Of a stretch of 64,000 nt of DNA, positions 1 to 12,352 are shown in pieces. How positions within the stretch are numbered: the stretch's first letter is position 1; the number at the start of each line of letters is the position of its first letter. The stretch is from Octopus vulgaris. Taxonomy: Eukaryota. Location: contig OX597820.1 of NCBI GenBank assembly GCA_951406725.2, forward strand, positions 127,534,001-127,598,000, in the 5' to 3' direction. The position numbers were made by a program, and so were the translations under genes. The notes beneath the pieces were generated by a model, which saw nothing but the letters and a program-made list of their open reading frames with translations, did not search any database and was not told the DNA's origin.

Positions 1-184
1 TGGTTGTGGTAAATAGCATAGATTTTCTTTTAAGATGCTTGTGAATAGTAGACAAACAGCAGGAAATGCAAATAAGGATATCAGCATCAAAGAGCCTCAT
101 TCACCAAGTGCCAACTATTAATGATGATTAATGAAGATGTAGTGGTACCAATGGCTGTGCACCGTCATGGCTGCAGTTCTCCAA
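1..184 (-). other. Candidate internal exon of a minus-strand gene running off the left edge (possibly containing the start codon)
   Basis: Strong minus-strand acceptor tttactctttccttctttcag| with AG at 185-186. Two ATG frames stay open to base 1: MLISLFAFPAVCLLFTSILKENLCYLPQP (from 87, signal-peptide-like) and MRLFDADILICISCC... (from 100). A short uORF lies upstream. Confidence 0.4.
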
Positions 185-308
185 CTGAAAGAAGGAAAGA
201 GTAAATTTAAGCATTGTATTTTTTTTAAAAATTATTCACTTGGCTTTGAATGTTTGAGGATGTAGGGAAATAGTGGGTTCAGTTGAATGGTGATATTAAT
301 ACCTGCCT

Positions 309-405
309 GAGATGAGGAATTATGTATATTATTTACATTTGACGGATATTTGGTCTGGCTCATCTTGTTTGTTGTTAACACAACAAAGAAGATGAGCCAG
401 ACCAA
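309..405 (-). mobile_element. 3' fragment of the tRNA/hammerhead element family seen at 15476-15793, with a fold-back inversion
   Basis: Reverse complement gtgttaacaacaaacaagatgag...atatccgtcaaatgtaaataat matches 15743-15793. 26-bp inverted arms 350-375 and 380-405 have 1 mismatch. Confidence 0.75.
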
Positions 406-429
406 GGTTAATGTGGTGGTGGAACAGTG

Positions 430-3236
430 AAGTAGTCAGAACCCTAAAAGCAAAAAGACAGGTTCAGAAGAATTTATAAAATGGGTGTAGCTGAAAATTA
501 TACCAGCTCTATGAAGGGAATCTAGGCAACAAGTCTGTTGAGCAAGGGGAGAACCAGAAAGGAAGAGGTTTGTCACTGTTCTACAGTTGGAGGCATGAAG
601 TGTTCCAGTTTGCAAGACGATAAAGCAAAGAAGAATATGAAGACAAGGAAAGCCCCTGGTTCAACGAGAATTATCCTTGGGATGCTGAACATTTTTGGCT
701 GAGTGGGATACTACTTAGTCACCCATATTGCTAATCAGGTTGTAGAAGAAGCTATCCGGTCCAAAGACTGTTTTAGCAGCATTGTGTTTGACTGTTACAA
801 AGGTAATGGTGATGCCTCACAGTGAAGTGATTACTGAGATATCAGATTGCTGGACCAGATTGTGACAATTACAGAAAGTGTTACAGCTCAACTAATTAGG
901 AAGAGAGCTTAGATGAAATGCAGTTTGCTTTTGTGTCAAGAAGAAGTACTACTGACACTTTCTTTCTAGTAAGACAAGTGCAGGAGAAATATATAGCCAA
1001 GAGCAAACCACTGTACTTGGCGTTTGTTGATCTGGAGAAAGCTTTTGGCAGAGTGTTTTGCTTTGTGATCAGGTGGTTGCTGCAAAATTTATGAGTAGAT
1101 GAATGACTGATGAAAGCCATTCAAGCCATGTACAGGGATGCTATCAGTAAGGTGAAAGTTAACAACAATTGCAACAAAAAATATTTAATATGCAGGTAGG
1201 TGTTCACCAGCGATAAGTTCTCAGTCCTCTCCTATTTGTCATAATTCTCTAATCCATAACAAAGGAGTTTTATATCAAGTGCCTAAAGGAACTCTTCTGT
1301 GCTGATGACCTTCTTACGGTTCAGTCTGTTGTAGAATTTCTTTAATTCTAGGTGTAGAAGCAAAACCTGGAATCAAAGAGCCCAGAAGTTGACTTAGTAA
1401 AGACCAAAGTTGTAGCAAGCAGGAAAACAGACAGCACATTAACCCTATTGGGAAAATGGCCCTGTTTGATATATAGAAGAGGTGTTGGCCGAAATTCCAT
1501 ACAGTGTACCTAGTATAAAGTGCAGTGGAATCACAGGAACATAAATAAAGTAAACTTTGTTTGTGGCAGATACTCAGGAGTAATAAATACAAAGAACACA
1601 CGAGAAATAGGTGTTTACTGGAATGCCTAGGAGGATCCCTAGAGAGAGTTGATAGCTTCTGTTACCAAGTGACCTAATTAGCAGTGGAAGGGGATGTTCT
1701 GCAAGTACAGTTGCCAGAATATGAACTGGCTGGAGAAAGTTCAGAGAGTTGTTGCCTCTGCTGATAAGAAGAGGTCTCCCTCTCTTAGAGTGAAATGCAT
1801 ATTGTATGAACAACATTGCTACATAGTAGTGAAACATTGGCTGTGAATGCAGAAGACTTGTGAAGACTAGAAAGAAGTGAAGCTGGCATGCTTTGTGGAT
1901 ATTAAGAGAAATGAGACATTGTGCAAGAAAGATGACTGGTCTGGACTTATTGTGCCAACAGATGTGGACAGGTGAATAAAGAAGTGCTGATCACTTATGG
2001 ACCACCTTGTGGGAGAGAGAGACCCAGGAAGACTGATCCCAGGACTGCACTTCATGGCGGAAATGACAAAAGACATGATTAGTGTTATGTGATGTCTGAG
2101 AAGACCAGCCATCTTGGCAAACAAGTTCTGGAAGCATAATGTGCATAGACACAACTGAACCCTTCACCCAATTTGCTCATCATTCATCTCCAACCAATCC
2201 CTCCTCTTTCTATCACTGGTCTTTCCCTCACTTGCCTAACAACTTCAGTAAAGAAATGAGAGCAGGACTATATATTTCATTGTCTTTTTGTACTACCAGT
2301 TACCTAACCTGCTGACTGGAGCCACTTCATTTGATAACCATCCTTCATTCTTAATGTGTTCCTCTCCCTTCATATTTTATATTGATCGCCCTTTTGTGCT
2401 GTCAGTTCTCCTACTCTCTTGAACCACCTGTTTTTGACTTGCCCCTATCACTATGTTTCCCTCTCTGTTCACACACTCCTACTACTTATCCTCCCACATG
2501 TCATCTCTCTTTCTCTCCTACTTCCTCTGTCTTCTGTATTATTCATACTTTTCTGCTACTCTCCATTCCTTCCTTTACTGCCAGTATTCACTTACTTTCC
2601 TTCTAACTCATATCTTTCATTGATCACCCCCCGCTACTCTTGTTCACAATTCCCTACACTCATTCCTCGTGTCTACCCAGTCTGTACAGTCTACTCTCCC
2701 TTACCTTCCCTTCAACTCTCATCATTCACAATTGATCACCATACAAAATATCCCCACCTGACCCCCATTTCTGACTTTCCCTCATTCTCCTACACCCTCT
2801 TGCAACTTATACCCATCCCCCCCTTTCTGACCTTCTACTCCCTCTCCTTTCTATTCACCTATGTACTTCCAGGACTGAACCTGATATCTTGTTATCCTCC
2901 CAATCTTATAAAACCATGTCTCTTGTTTTCAACAACAGATCTCTTCCTGCTCCTTCTTTCTCGTACGTTAACCATTCAACACCCAGCATAAAAAACCATC
3001 TCTTCTCTCTTATTTCAATCCCAAACTGTCCAGGAGGATCTTACTCTTGCTACATGGTCTTTTGATTAGTAATGGTGGCATCTAAAAAGTACACTTTGTA
3101 ATGTGGTTGGGATTTGGATGGTCATAGAAACCAAAGCAGACATTGAAGCACGATGCAGTATTTGGGCCCAGGAGGTCCCATTAAATTGACCAACCCATGC
3201 CAGTATGGAAAATGGACGTTAAACAATCATGATGAT
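430..3236 (+). mobile_element. Old, heavily degenerate RTE-clade LINE with a CT-rich 3' segment and 3' tail
   Basis: Broken motifs KAPG (~650), DEMQF (~912), DLEKAF (~1029) and ADDL (~1301) are colinear with the RTE at 34095-36625. The caacccatgccagtatggaaaatggacgttaaac...gatgat tail is at ~3190-3236. Confidence 0.85.
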
Positions 3237-3245
3237 ATATATATA

Positions 3246-3545
3246 TCACTGTGACCGACCAGGCTATCAGATGTTGCTACACATCGCTGGTCACAATGCG
3301 CTTTGCATTGTTTTAGCCTTCAAATGATGCCACCCCACTGGCTAAGCGAGCAGGCCAACAGAAGAAAGTGCGAGAGAAAGTTGTGGCGAAAGAGTACAGC
3401 AGGGATCGCCACCACCCCCTGCCGGAGCCTCATGGGGCTTTAGGTGTTATCGCTCAATAAACACTCACAACGCCCGGTCTGGGAATCGAAACCGCGATCC
3501 TACAACCGCGAGTCTGCTGCCCTAACCACTGGGCCATTGCGCCTC
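3246..3545 (-). mobile_element. tRNA-derived SINE, family A
   Basis: Minus strand has A box TGGCCCAGTGG and B box GGTTTCGATTCC. A near-identical copy is at 32046-32335. Both copies are embedded in (TA)n. Confidence 0.9.
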
Positions 3546-3548
3546 TAC

Positions 3549-3866
<318 letters not shown>

Positions 3867-3914
3867 CACACTTATATGTATGTACCCATATTTGTGTGTG
3901 GCTCTATAGACACA

Positions 3915-4054
3915 AGCACGTGTGATTAAAATGGTTTTGAGTTCAGTTCTACTGCATTGGACCTTGGGTGAGTGCTTTCTATGGTAAACCTGGCCAAGCT
4001 ATGCCTCATGAGTGAATTTGGGTGACAGAAACTGTGTTGAAGCCCATCATGCAT

Positions 4055-4101
<47 letters not shown>

Positions 4102-4320
4102 TGTGTTTGTGTTTATGTCTGTGTTTTGTGATTTGTCTTGCCCACTATTTGACAACTGGTGTTGGTTTGGTTATGTGATGTAACCTAGTTCAGCAAGACT
4201 CTGACTGAATAAATACTAGACTTTAAAATAACAGGTAGAGTGAATTTGACGAAATTCTTAAAGGTGTTGCCTGAGTATGGCCGTAATCCAATGACTGAAA
4301 CCAGTGAAAGATAAAAGACA
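3915..4320 (+). mobile_element. Degenerate SINE, family B
   Basis: Colinear with the reverse complement of 52408-52841 (ccttggg...gaaactgtgttgaagccc...gacaactggtg...atgactgaaacc tail). Confidence 0.75.
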
Positions 4321-4477
4321 AGCAAGCGTACATGCGTATGTCTGTCTGTTGTTGTTCTATCCTGATTGCATGGTTGGTTTATGATTTTATCAAATGGAAT
4401 TTCCTTATCAATGAATAACATATCATTTGATCCATTTATTTATCTTTTATATTTTATTTTTCATTTTTGTTCGCGTC

Positions 4478-4730
4478 GGTGACACGTAAAAAGCACCAAC
4501 CGATCGTGGCCGTTTGCCAGCCTCCTCTGGCCCCTGTGCCAGTGGCATGTAAAAAGCACCCACTACACTCACGGAGTGGTTGGTGTTAGATAAGGCATCC
4601 AGATGTAGAAACACTGCCAAATCAGACTGGTGCCTGGTGCAGCCTCCTGGCTTCCCAGATCCCAGTCGAACCGTCCAACTCATGCTAGCATGGAAAACGG
4701 ACGTTAAATGATGTTGATGAGGATGATTCA
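4478..4730 (+). mobile_element. RTE 3'-UTR/tail fragment
   Basis: aaaagcacccactacactcacggagtggttgg...ggacgttaaatgatg, matching the 3' end of the RTE at 34095. Confidence 0.9.
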
Positions 4731-5770
4731 TTGTAAGTCACCTTATTGCTTATCTGAAATGAATTCTCTATCATCAGCCAGTTCCTCAAATAGACAACTA
4801 ACATACTTCAACTACCAAACCTTTTCTAATAGAAGTAAGTGAAACGGTGATTAAAAATTGAGGTACCTTTTGAGAAATCAACTGATGAGACACAGCTGCA
4901 CCTGTTTGTATAGCATCTCACCCATGAGGCCTCCATGCACGATGGGTCAAATCCATCACAGTGGATAATAAAGAATCATGTGAATCCTGTTTTCTTTCTC
5001 ATATTCTATATATAAACATGGATATATTCATGTGCGTACGTATGTACATACACCTCATCATCATTGTTTTAGTGTCTACTTTTTCTGTTTGCATGAGTTA
5101 GATTAGAGTATGTTATGGTTGAGTTTTCTACTGCCAGATTCTCTTCCTCCAACCAAGCCACCAGTCCCCACATGCTTCCATACGAGTTAATAATCCCTCA
5201 GCCTGGAGGACTGGAAACAAATGACACCATGTGAATGAACCGTCATTTTCAACGATGGTGATGCTTAAGCAACATGTCGAGATATTCTTAGAAACCTGAA
5301 CCGCAAATAAATGAAACTCAGCAAAGCTGTTGTTTACAAACAGTAAATAAAACACACGTGAACCTGAGGGAGAAAAGAAATACGAGTGTACACAAACACA
5401 CACATGTACATACACAATGGCAGTTTCTTCATATCCAAAGATCATAAGGAAGAGCGGTACCATCTCAAGTGGTTATGTACCACTTGCACTTGTTAACTTT
5501 TAAGTGAGAGTAAGTCTGTACAATCCAATCCACTCATTAGACTTTGAGGTCTGAGTATGTGAGCTGAGCCACATACACATGTGTACATGCACACACACAC
5601 GTGTGATGGATATCTTTCAGTTTCTGTCTACCAAATCTTCTCAGGGCATTGATTGACCCTGGGCTATAGTAGAAGAAACTTTCCCAAGGTGTCATATCTG
5701 TCTGTCTATCTATTCATCCATCCATACACATATGCTCACAAGTATATACACATATCTATATTTACTCATA

Positions 5771-5808
<38 letters not shown>

Positions 5809-5819
5809 ATAATTTAATA

Positions 5820-6030
5820 TCTATTTTCCATTCTGGCATGGTTTGACAGGAGCTGCCCAGCTCAATTCATCTGTTTTGGCCTGGTTTCTGCAGCTCAGGG
5901 CCCTTCCTAATGCTAATGACTTTACAGAGTGTCCTGCTGGATGGTTTTTACATGTCAGTGGCTTGGGTACTTTTTCATGGCACCAACACTTTATATGTGG
6001 TGCTGGCAGAACTCTGCTTTTTACATGGTG
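5820..6030 (-). mobile_element. Degenerate RTE 3'-tail fragment
   Basis: ttttccattctggcatggtttgac...cccttcctaatgc..., similar to 34115-34270 and 36676-36960. Confidence 0.7.
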
Positions 6031-6054
6031 CCGGTATACACACACACACATATA

Positions 6055-6551
6055 CAGTAATCACTTGCCATATCGCAGTTCACCTATCGCACTCTCAGTA
6101 CATTGTGGATTTTTGTGGCTAATATATGTAAATTTATATCACAGACTCTTCAGTATTTTGTGTTTCTGCAGCTAATAGTTATTTATATATTTTTAGATTG
6201 AAATTATTTCTACAGTAAAATAAGCATTTTCATGTCTAAAAATTAATAAATAAATGAATAAAAATACAATTCAGAACTGCACTGTATAATACATTAATTA
6301 AAATATATTAAAAGAAAATATGTAATGTACCATAGATGAGGAAACAAAGAATCACACACCCTGAATGGAAAACGAAACTGAGGAGGCGAGTGAGGGGGGG
6401 TGTTGTGTTGCATTTATAACAAAATAAATATATACAAATTATGGAAATAAATTAAAAATATACAGTATGTGGTACTGTTTCTACTTCGCGGATTTTCACC
6501 TATCATGGGGGGTTTTGGAACGTAACACCTGCAATAGTTGAAGGATTACTG
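6055..6551. mobile_element. Tc1/mariner-pogo (Tigger-like) MITE
   Basis: Termini TA|CAGTAATC...GATTACTG|TA. Subterminal ttcacctatc motif is repeated at both ends. Confidence 0.8.
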
Positions 6552-7497
6552 TATATATATATATATATATATACTTTATTCAAAAGCAGCAGAAAATTCA
6601 ACAAAACCTGTTACTCTGAGTTTCACATTATATATATATAAAAGTCTATATACACATATAAACATGCTTACATATATATTATTTAAATGCACATACACAC
6701 ATATATATATATGAATGTTTGTGTATCTTGGAACAGTGTCACTGTTTGTTAATTAAACATCACCAAATTATACAGGAACATCAAGATAATACTAGGAATA
6801 ATCTAAACTCTTCTGTTTCCTGTGAAGGAAACATGGAGAGAGGCAGTAAACTGGTATGGATTAGTAGCACATAGGCATTTCATGGGACTTGGAAAATTTT
6901 CAGTATTTTTTGTTTTCCTTCAGTTTTTCAATATTCTGTTTCACTCACTGTTTTTTCATCACTTGTAATATATATATGCATGAACACACAAAAACATGCA
7001 TACACACTCATTTGTGTGTGTGTGAGTTTATCTGTCTCTCTGTCTGTCTACCCATCCATCCATCCGTCCATATATATATATAGGGAGAGAGAGAGAGAGA
7101 CACACACATTGTATAGTTGTAACACTGTTTATTAGAGGCCTACATTAAAAAAACAATGTCTTAAAAATTAAATGGTCTCAGATATGGAATAAAATGTATA
7201 TTTTATCCTTTCATTGATTCACATTTAAACTTTTTTTTTTAATATATATATCTAAAATATTAAAGTTTCCTGTTCTGCAAATCTGACTTGATTTATATAT
7301 AAAGCCTGAATATATTTAAAATTCTATAAAAACTGACATAATTTTTTTTTTAAAGCAAGATACCTGAATACTTTACATATATAAATATATTTAAGTGTGA
7401 ACCAATGAGAGAATAAATTTTCTATTTTCTATGGCATTTAAAACAGTGTACTAGCTTTTTAAAGATATTTTTATATCAGGAATTTTAATAGCATATT

Positions 7498-7710
7498 TAA
7501 CCTTTTAGCATTTAAGTCAGCCTGATCTGGCCCAAGTATTCTATTAGTTTCATCTTCAGACTAGCCAGATCCTGCTTCTCACACAGATCCTACAATGTAA
7601 TTCTAAAAATAAACAATCATGCCATAAAAATCCCCAAACTATGAAATAATGCATTATTAATTCCAAACAATGAGAATACATAAGCATTACATTTAGCAGA
7701 TTAATCTGAA
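7498..7710 (+). mobile_element. Degenerate TTAA-type (piggyBac-like) MITE; related copy at ~9603-9780
   Basis: Starts ttaaccttttagcattt. Shares attctaa(a/g)aataaacaatca...taatgcat...taatctgaa with 9603-9780, which ends aatgctaaacaattaa. Confidence 0.55.
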
Positions 7711-8339
7711 CACCAGACAGCTTCTGTACACTAATTTACATTGAGAGTCTGGGGCACCAGAGGAGCATATGGATGTCAGCAGCCAATTGAAAAAAAGGTT
7801 TGGTGAATATCTTACCAACAATTTATAAATTAGAAAATACCTCAAAAGTCACTACAGTTGAACTTTGCACTTTTTCTCATGTACAGTGAAATCACTATAG
7901 CATCGCTCCATTCTATGGAACCATTGAGCCGTTCTTTACTTTAACAATTAGTATGGTCACAAGATCAACCATAAACATACATCCACACCGTAAATGAGAA
8001 CCTCAGCCAGTATATCACCTGCTTCTGTAGGGTTCCCTGAGCTGATTTGTTTTATGTCAATTTTGCTTTCTTCAGTATCAGAATTATTATCCATTTCTTC
8101 TATATATTCCATTTTATACACATTTGAATATTTAAACATTCTCTAACTATTGAATTGGCTAAAGTCATACATTTTAAATATGATTAAAAGAAAATTTGCA
8201 ACCTATTACTAAAAACTATTGGCTAACTTTAAGCTTTATCAGAAAAAGCAAAACCAGCATCACTTTCTTGCCAGATCACCTATAGCATACATCCATATCT
8301 CAGCTGGTGTATCAGGTAAAAGCAGGTTTACCATTAAGA

Positions 8340-9060
8340 CGGATCATCTTGCTACCCACCTCCCATCCTAGTTGTTGTGGTTTTTCTTGAGTTGATCAGT
8401 TGTATTGCAGTTTTGCTTTCTGTTATTTTAGGATTATGATCTATTTATTCAATGGCATGATGTAGTGATAATGGATTATGAAAAAGATCTGTGAAAAGCT
8501 TTTACCATTTCTTCAGAATACCTTCAGTATTACTGATTGAAGTAGATTCATCTTTGGTAAAGAGAGGAGCAGTAGTTGACTGATGATGACCAAATATCTG
8601 TTTTCACAAGCTGTATGTTGTTTTTGGGTGTTTTTGTCAAGTGCCTATTCAATATCTCTGGATATGCTCATTGCTTTCATTTCTCTTTGCAAAGTTGATT
8701 TATGACTCTTTTGTAGTTCCTACAGCAAAAGAACAATTTCCGGCATAGGTTATACTTGATGTCTATAAGCTCAAATATTTTGAGTTGTTTTCTGTGAACC
8801 AATCATTGTGTCAGCAGGTCCAAAAGAACATACAGGCAACTGTGACATAAACGTGTTGTTTGAAGAATGACCCTATACCATCAGGTGATCCATTTACTAG
8901 AGCTTCTCAAGATGATGCAGATATTGTTGGGTTTTGCACTTTGTCAACATTCAACCATTTCAGAACCTTTTTGCTATTTTTTATAAACATTTTTCTGACT
9001 ACTAGCTTCAGCTTTGCCCATACAAGGTAGTGATCTATTCACCATACAGCCTGCATAGTT
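8340..9060 (-). mobile_element. Degenerate RTE (BovB-like) LINE remnant, endonuclease-to-linker region
   Basis: Minus-strand translation gives IDHYLVWAKLK (APE C-terminal xDH motif, ~9010-9040) and HNDWFTENNSK (RTE 'DWF' motif, ~8780-8810). Many stops. Confidence 0.6.
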
Positions 9061-11296
9061 CAGCTGAGGGAAAGGTGACTGCAGCAATGCATTGCGGGGT
9101 TCAGACTGCAAGACGAGGCAAGTAAGACATTTTGGTCATCCATTGCAACTCCAGTTGTTTCGCCACTTGATTGGAAATTATCACAAACGAGAGTGAGGTT
9201 GATAGTGTGTTACTCTTCTCCACTTTTGTCGCAAAAACGTTACTCAACAGTAAACACAGTTGTCTTATTTACATATTATAAAGAGAATAAAACGACCCTG
9301 TTTTGACCAAGATAGATCCAGAAAACTTGACGTGAATTTCTGGTGGAACAATGTGCGACCTGTCACAAGGCCTGGCTTGGAATATAACTGCTGTTCATTC
9401 CACCGATGCTGAAACATCCCAAACTACTCCATGTTTTTCAGTTGTGACTTGCCATACTGTTAAATTCACCAGAATGAATGATTTTGTTTTTAGTCTGTGT
9501 GGAAAGAATGGCATTTATAAGATTCTCAAAGAAAAAGAAAACAAGTGAAGAATGAGAGTGTACACATAGAGAAGAAAGTCACAAGACAGTAGCAAGGTGA
9601 ATTTAACTGTTCAGTGTTAGAGCAGCCATACCTGGCTGAGATATTCCACCTGACAATGTCATTCTAAGAATAAACAATCACATCATCGGAATCTTGAAGC
9701 TGTGAGATAATGCATGATCAATTCAAAACAATGTGAATAGATACATTCGACAGAGAAGTAATCTGAATGCTAAACAATTAATGATACAGTCACTCACAGT
9801 GGATGTTAACATATCTTGCCTATCAGCTAGTTTCTTTCTGATTCCAAAGTCAATGTCATCCTCTTCTTTCTCATCTGTGTGCTTGCCAGCCTTCACCCCA
9901 AAAAACTCTAAGCATAACCTGCTTAGCTGATCATTTCCTTAACATTTGTATCTTAGAAAGGGCAGCAGTATCGATCTTGTATCAGTCAAGCTCTACTGCA
10001 ACAAGAGCAGAACAGCGTCCAGATTTGGTCTTTTTACTGATATTGATTCTTTGTTTCTCTCTCTCTCTCCTCCTCTCTCTGGAAGACGTCAACCGTGTTG
10101 AATATATCAAATATATATATGACACTATATGTCATGGTGACGTCCCAGTGACCCATGGATATGAGGGCCCAAGACGGCAAGAGGTGTATATATATATGTA
10201 CACACACAACACATCGATTTTTCTATCCATTCAAGGATCAGATGAAGCTAGTTTTGAGGGAGGGTTTTCTTTTGCCAAATGTTCTTCCTTTTGTCAAAAC
10301 CTTGTCTATTTCCAAGAAAGGTAATATTTCCTCCTTGTATTTTGAATAAAGAATGGATCAGTGGCCAGACACTTTCATGGAAGATTGTAAACAAATGAAT
10401 ATTTCTGTGAGACAGTGATTTTTTGTTTGTTAATAACACACACGCCAAGTCAAGAGGAATACATACAATCATGCATGTGTGCACACAAAAATACACACAC
10501 ACATATATATAACAGGCTTCTTCCAGTTATACCTACAATACAAACGTAAAGTGCGTGTGTGTATAGATAATGTGTATACGTCTGTATGCATATATGTGTT
10601 AGTGTTTATATGTATATACATGTACATATGTGTATACGATAATGCACGCACGTAAATAGGCATGTTTGTACATATTATATATATATTTGTAGGAAAATAG
10701 ACGTTAAAGGATGACGATGTATGTGTATGTGTATATATATACACACACACGTTTGTATTATACGTATTTATTATTGTTTAATTTTAGCTATAATTAATAC
10801 ATCATCACCTGATTGATAGAAGGTTACAATAGCAGGTGAACTACACTGTGTTCGGTCTATCACCTCCTTAGCAGTTCTTATTCTACATCGAGAAAAAAGA
10901 AAATAAATCTGAGAAATACTTAAGTCCCTTTTTGCTGAAATTCCCTCTAAATCACAAGAGTGATTTGTTTATTTGTCTTTCTCCCCTTAACATAATATTT
11001 TATTAGACATATCAGTTGTTGATTATTGTTAAGATGGTATGTTGAAACCCATGAATGTCATTACATACCATCGGATCGTAATTTAAATTGTTTTCAGATC
11101 CGATATCTTCCTACTTAACCAGATTCCAGTCTGCTTATATGATGTGTTCTTCATTTACCCTTTTGTCTATTGGTAAATACAATTTGTTCTTAAACTTACA
11201 TTTAGCATCTAGTTAATATTATTCAGGGCCATCACCTTTTCTTTTAAATGTCTTTCTAGAGATGAAGTCCCTACTAAACATTGTTAGAATAAGACC

Positions 11297-11531
11297 ACTT
11301 ACCGAATGAAACAGCTAAAAAAAAATTACTAAAAATGAATAAATAAAAGAGAAAAACAGAGAGAGTGTGAAAGAGAGAGAGAGAGAGAGAGAGAGGTGAA
11401 AAGAAAGAAAGAAAGGAATGTGAACACAAAGAAAAGCTAACTGTGCAGTCACTGTGGATTGTCAAAGAAATTGGAGTTATCTCCCATATCTCCAACCGAG
11501 GGAAGACTATTTTCCGTTTGATGTGGTAAGT
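11297..11531. promoter_or_regulatory. Candidate bidirectional promoter with two divergent first exons
   Basis: Minus-strand donor CG|GTAAGT (acttac at 11297-11302) and plus-strand donor TG|GTAAGT (11526-11531) point away from a central (GA)n tract. CpGs are locally retained. Confidence 0.5.
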
Positions 11532-12293
11532 GATTTTTTCTCTTCAAATCTTCAGCGATTTTATCTCAATTTCCCCAAAACTTTCATGTTTTTATGTTTT
11601 CCGCACTCACTTTTATCACTTGTAAGAAGATGACCGCTTTTAAAATCCTATTACATAGACAAAATGCCTCTCGTTGTCCCTGCTTAATATATTCAACGTG
11701 GTTGCCAGCGGTTTTCCTGACATTTTTCACAAATGGCTTTTCTCTGAGTCTCCACTCATGTAAATGTTTCCCCCGTAAACACAGCATCACATTCGTGGTT
11801 TGCTGGCAGATATACGACCAAGTTAGCTGATTCGGGATTTGGAAAATAGAAGAAAAAACACATCCAAATATCGACCACAAATAGTTTTGTTGATAAAAAA
11901 ACGCAGCAACTTGAGTCAGAAGAAGAAGAAGAGACGAGATCGACCCCGAATCTCTGCTCGGAATTAGGGACAGGGAATGGGTTTAGTAAGGATTAGGATT
12001 AATAATGTGTAATAATGATTAGGATTTGCCTGTGGGAAGACGGAGCGTTACGGAAAATAAAATCTATTTCGTTCCCATTGCATATATGTATGAGTCTGTA
12101 GTGTTTTTGTGTGCCAGGTTCTTAATATATTGACTCGAATACGTTTATATATCCACTATACACACCTACACACCTACACACACGATACTTACAAATATAT
12201 TTGTGTGTATGAACAGGGTTTAAAACATATATTGACTTGAATATTTTCTCTGAACTCCGACTACATGAAAATGTCAGGCTTAAGCTTCCTGCT

Positions 12294-12352
<59 letters not shown>

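Noticed and set aside
2382-2991. Hydrophobic 74- and 190-aa ORFs
   Set aside because: Artefact of the G-poor pyrimidine tract, which has few stop codons.
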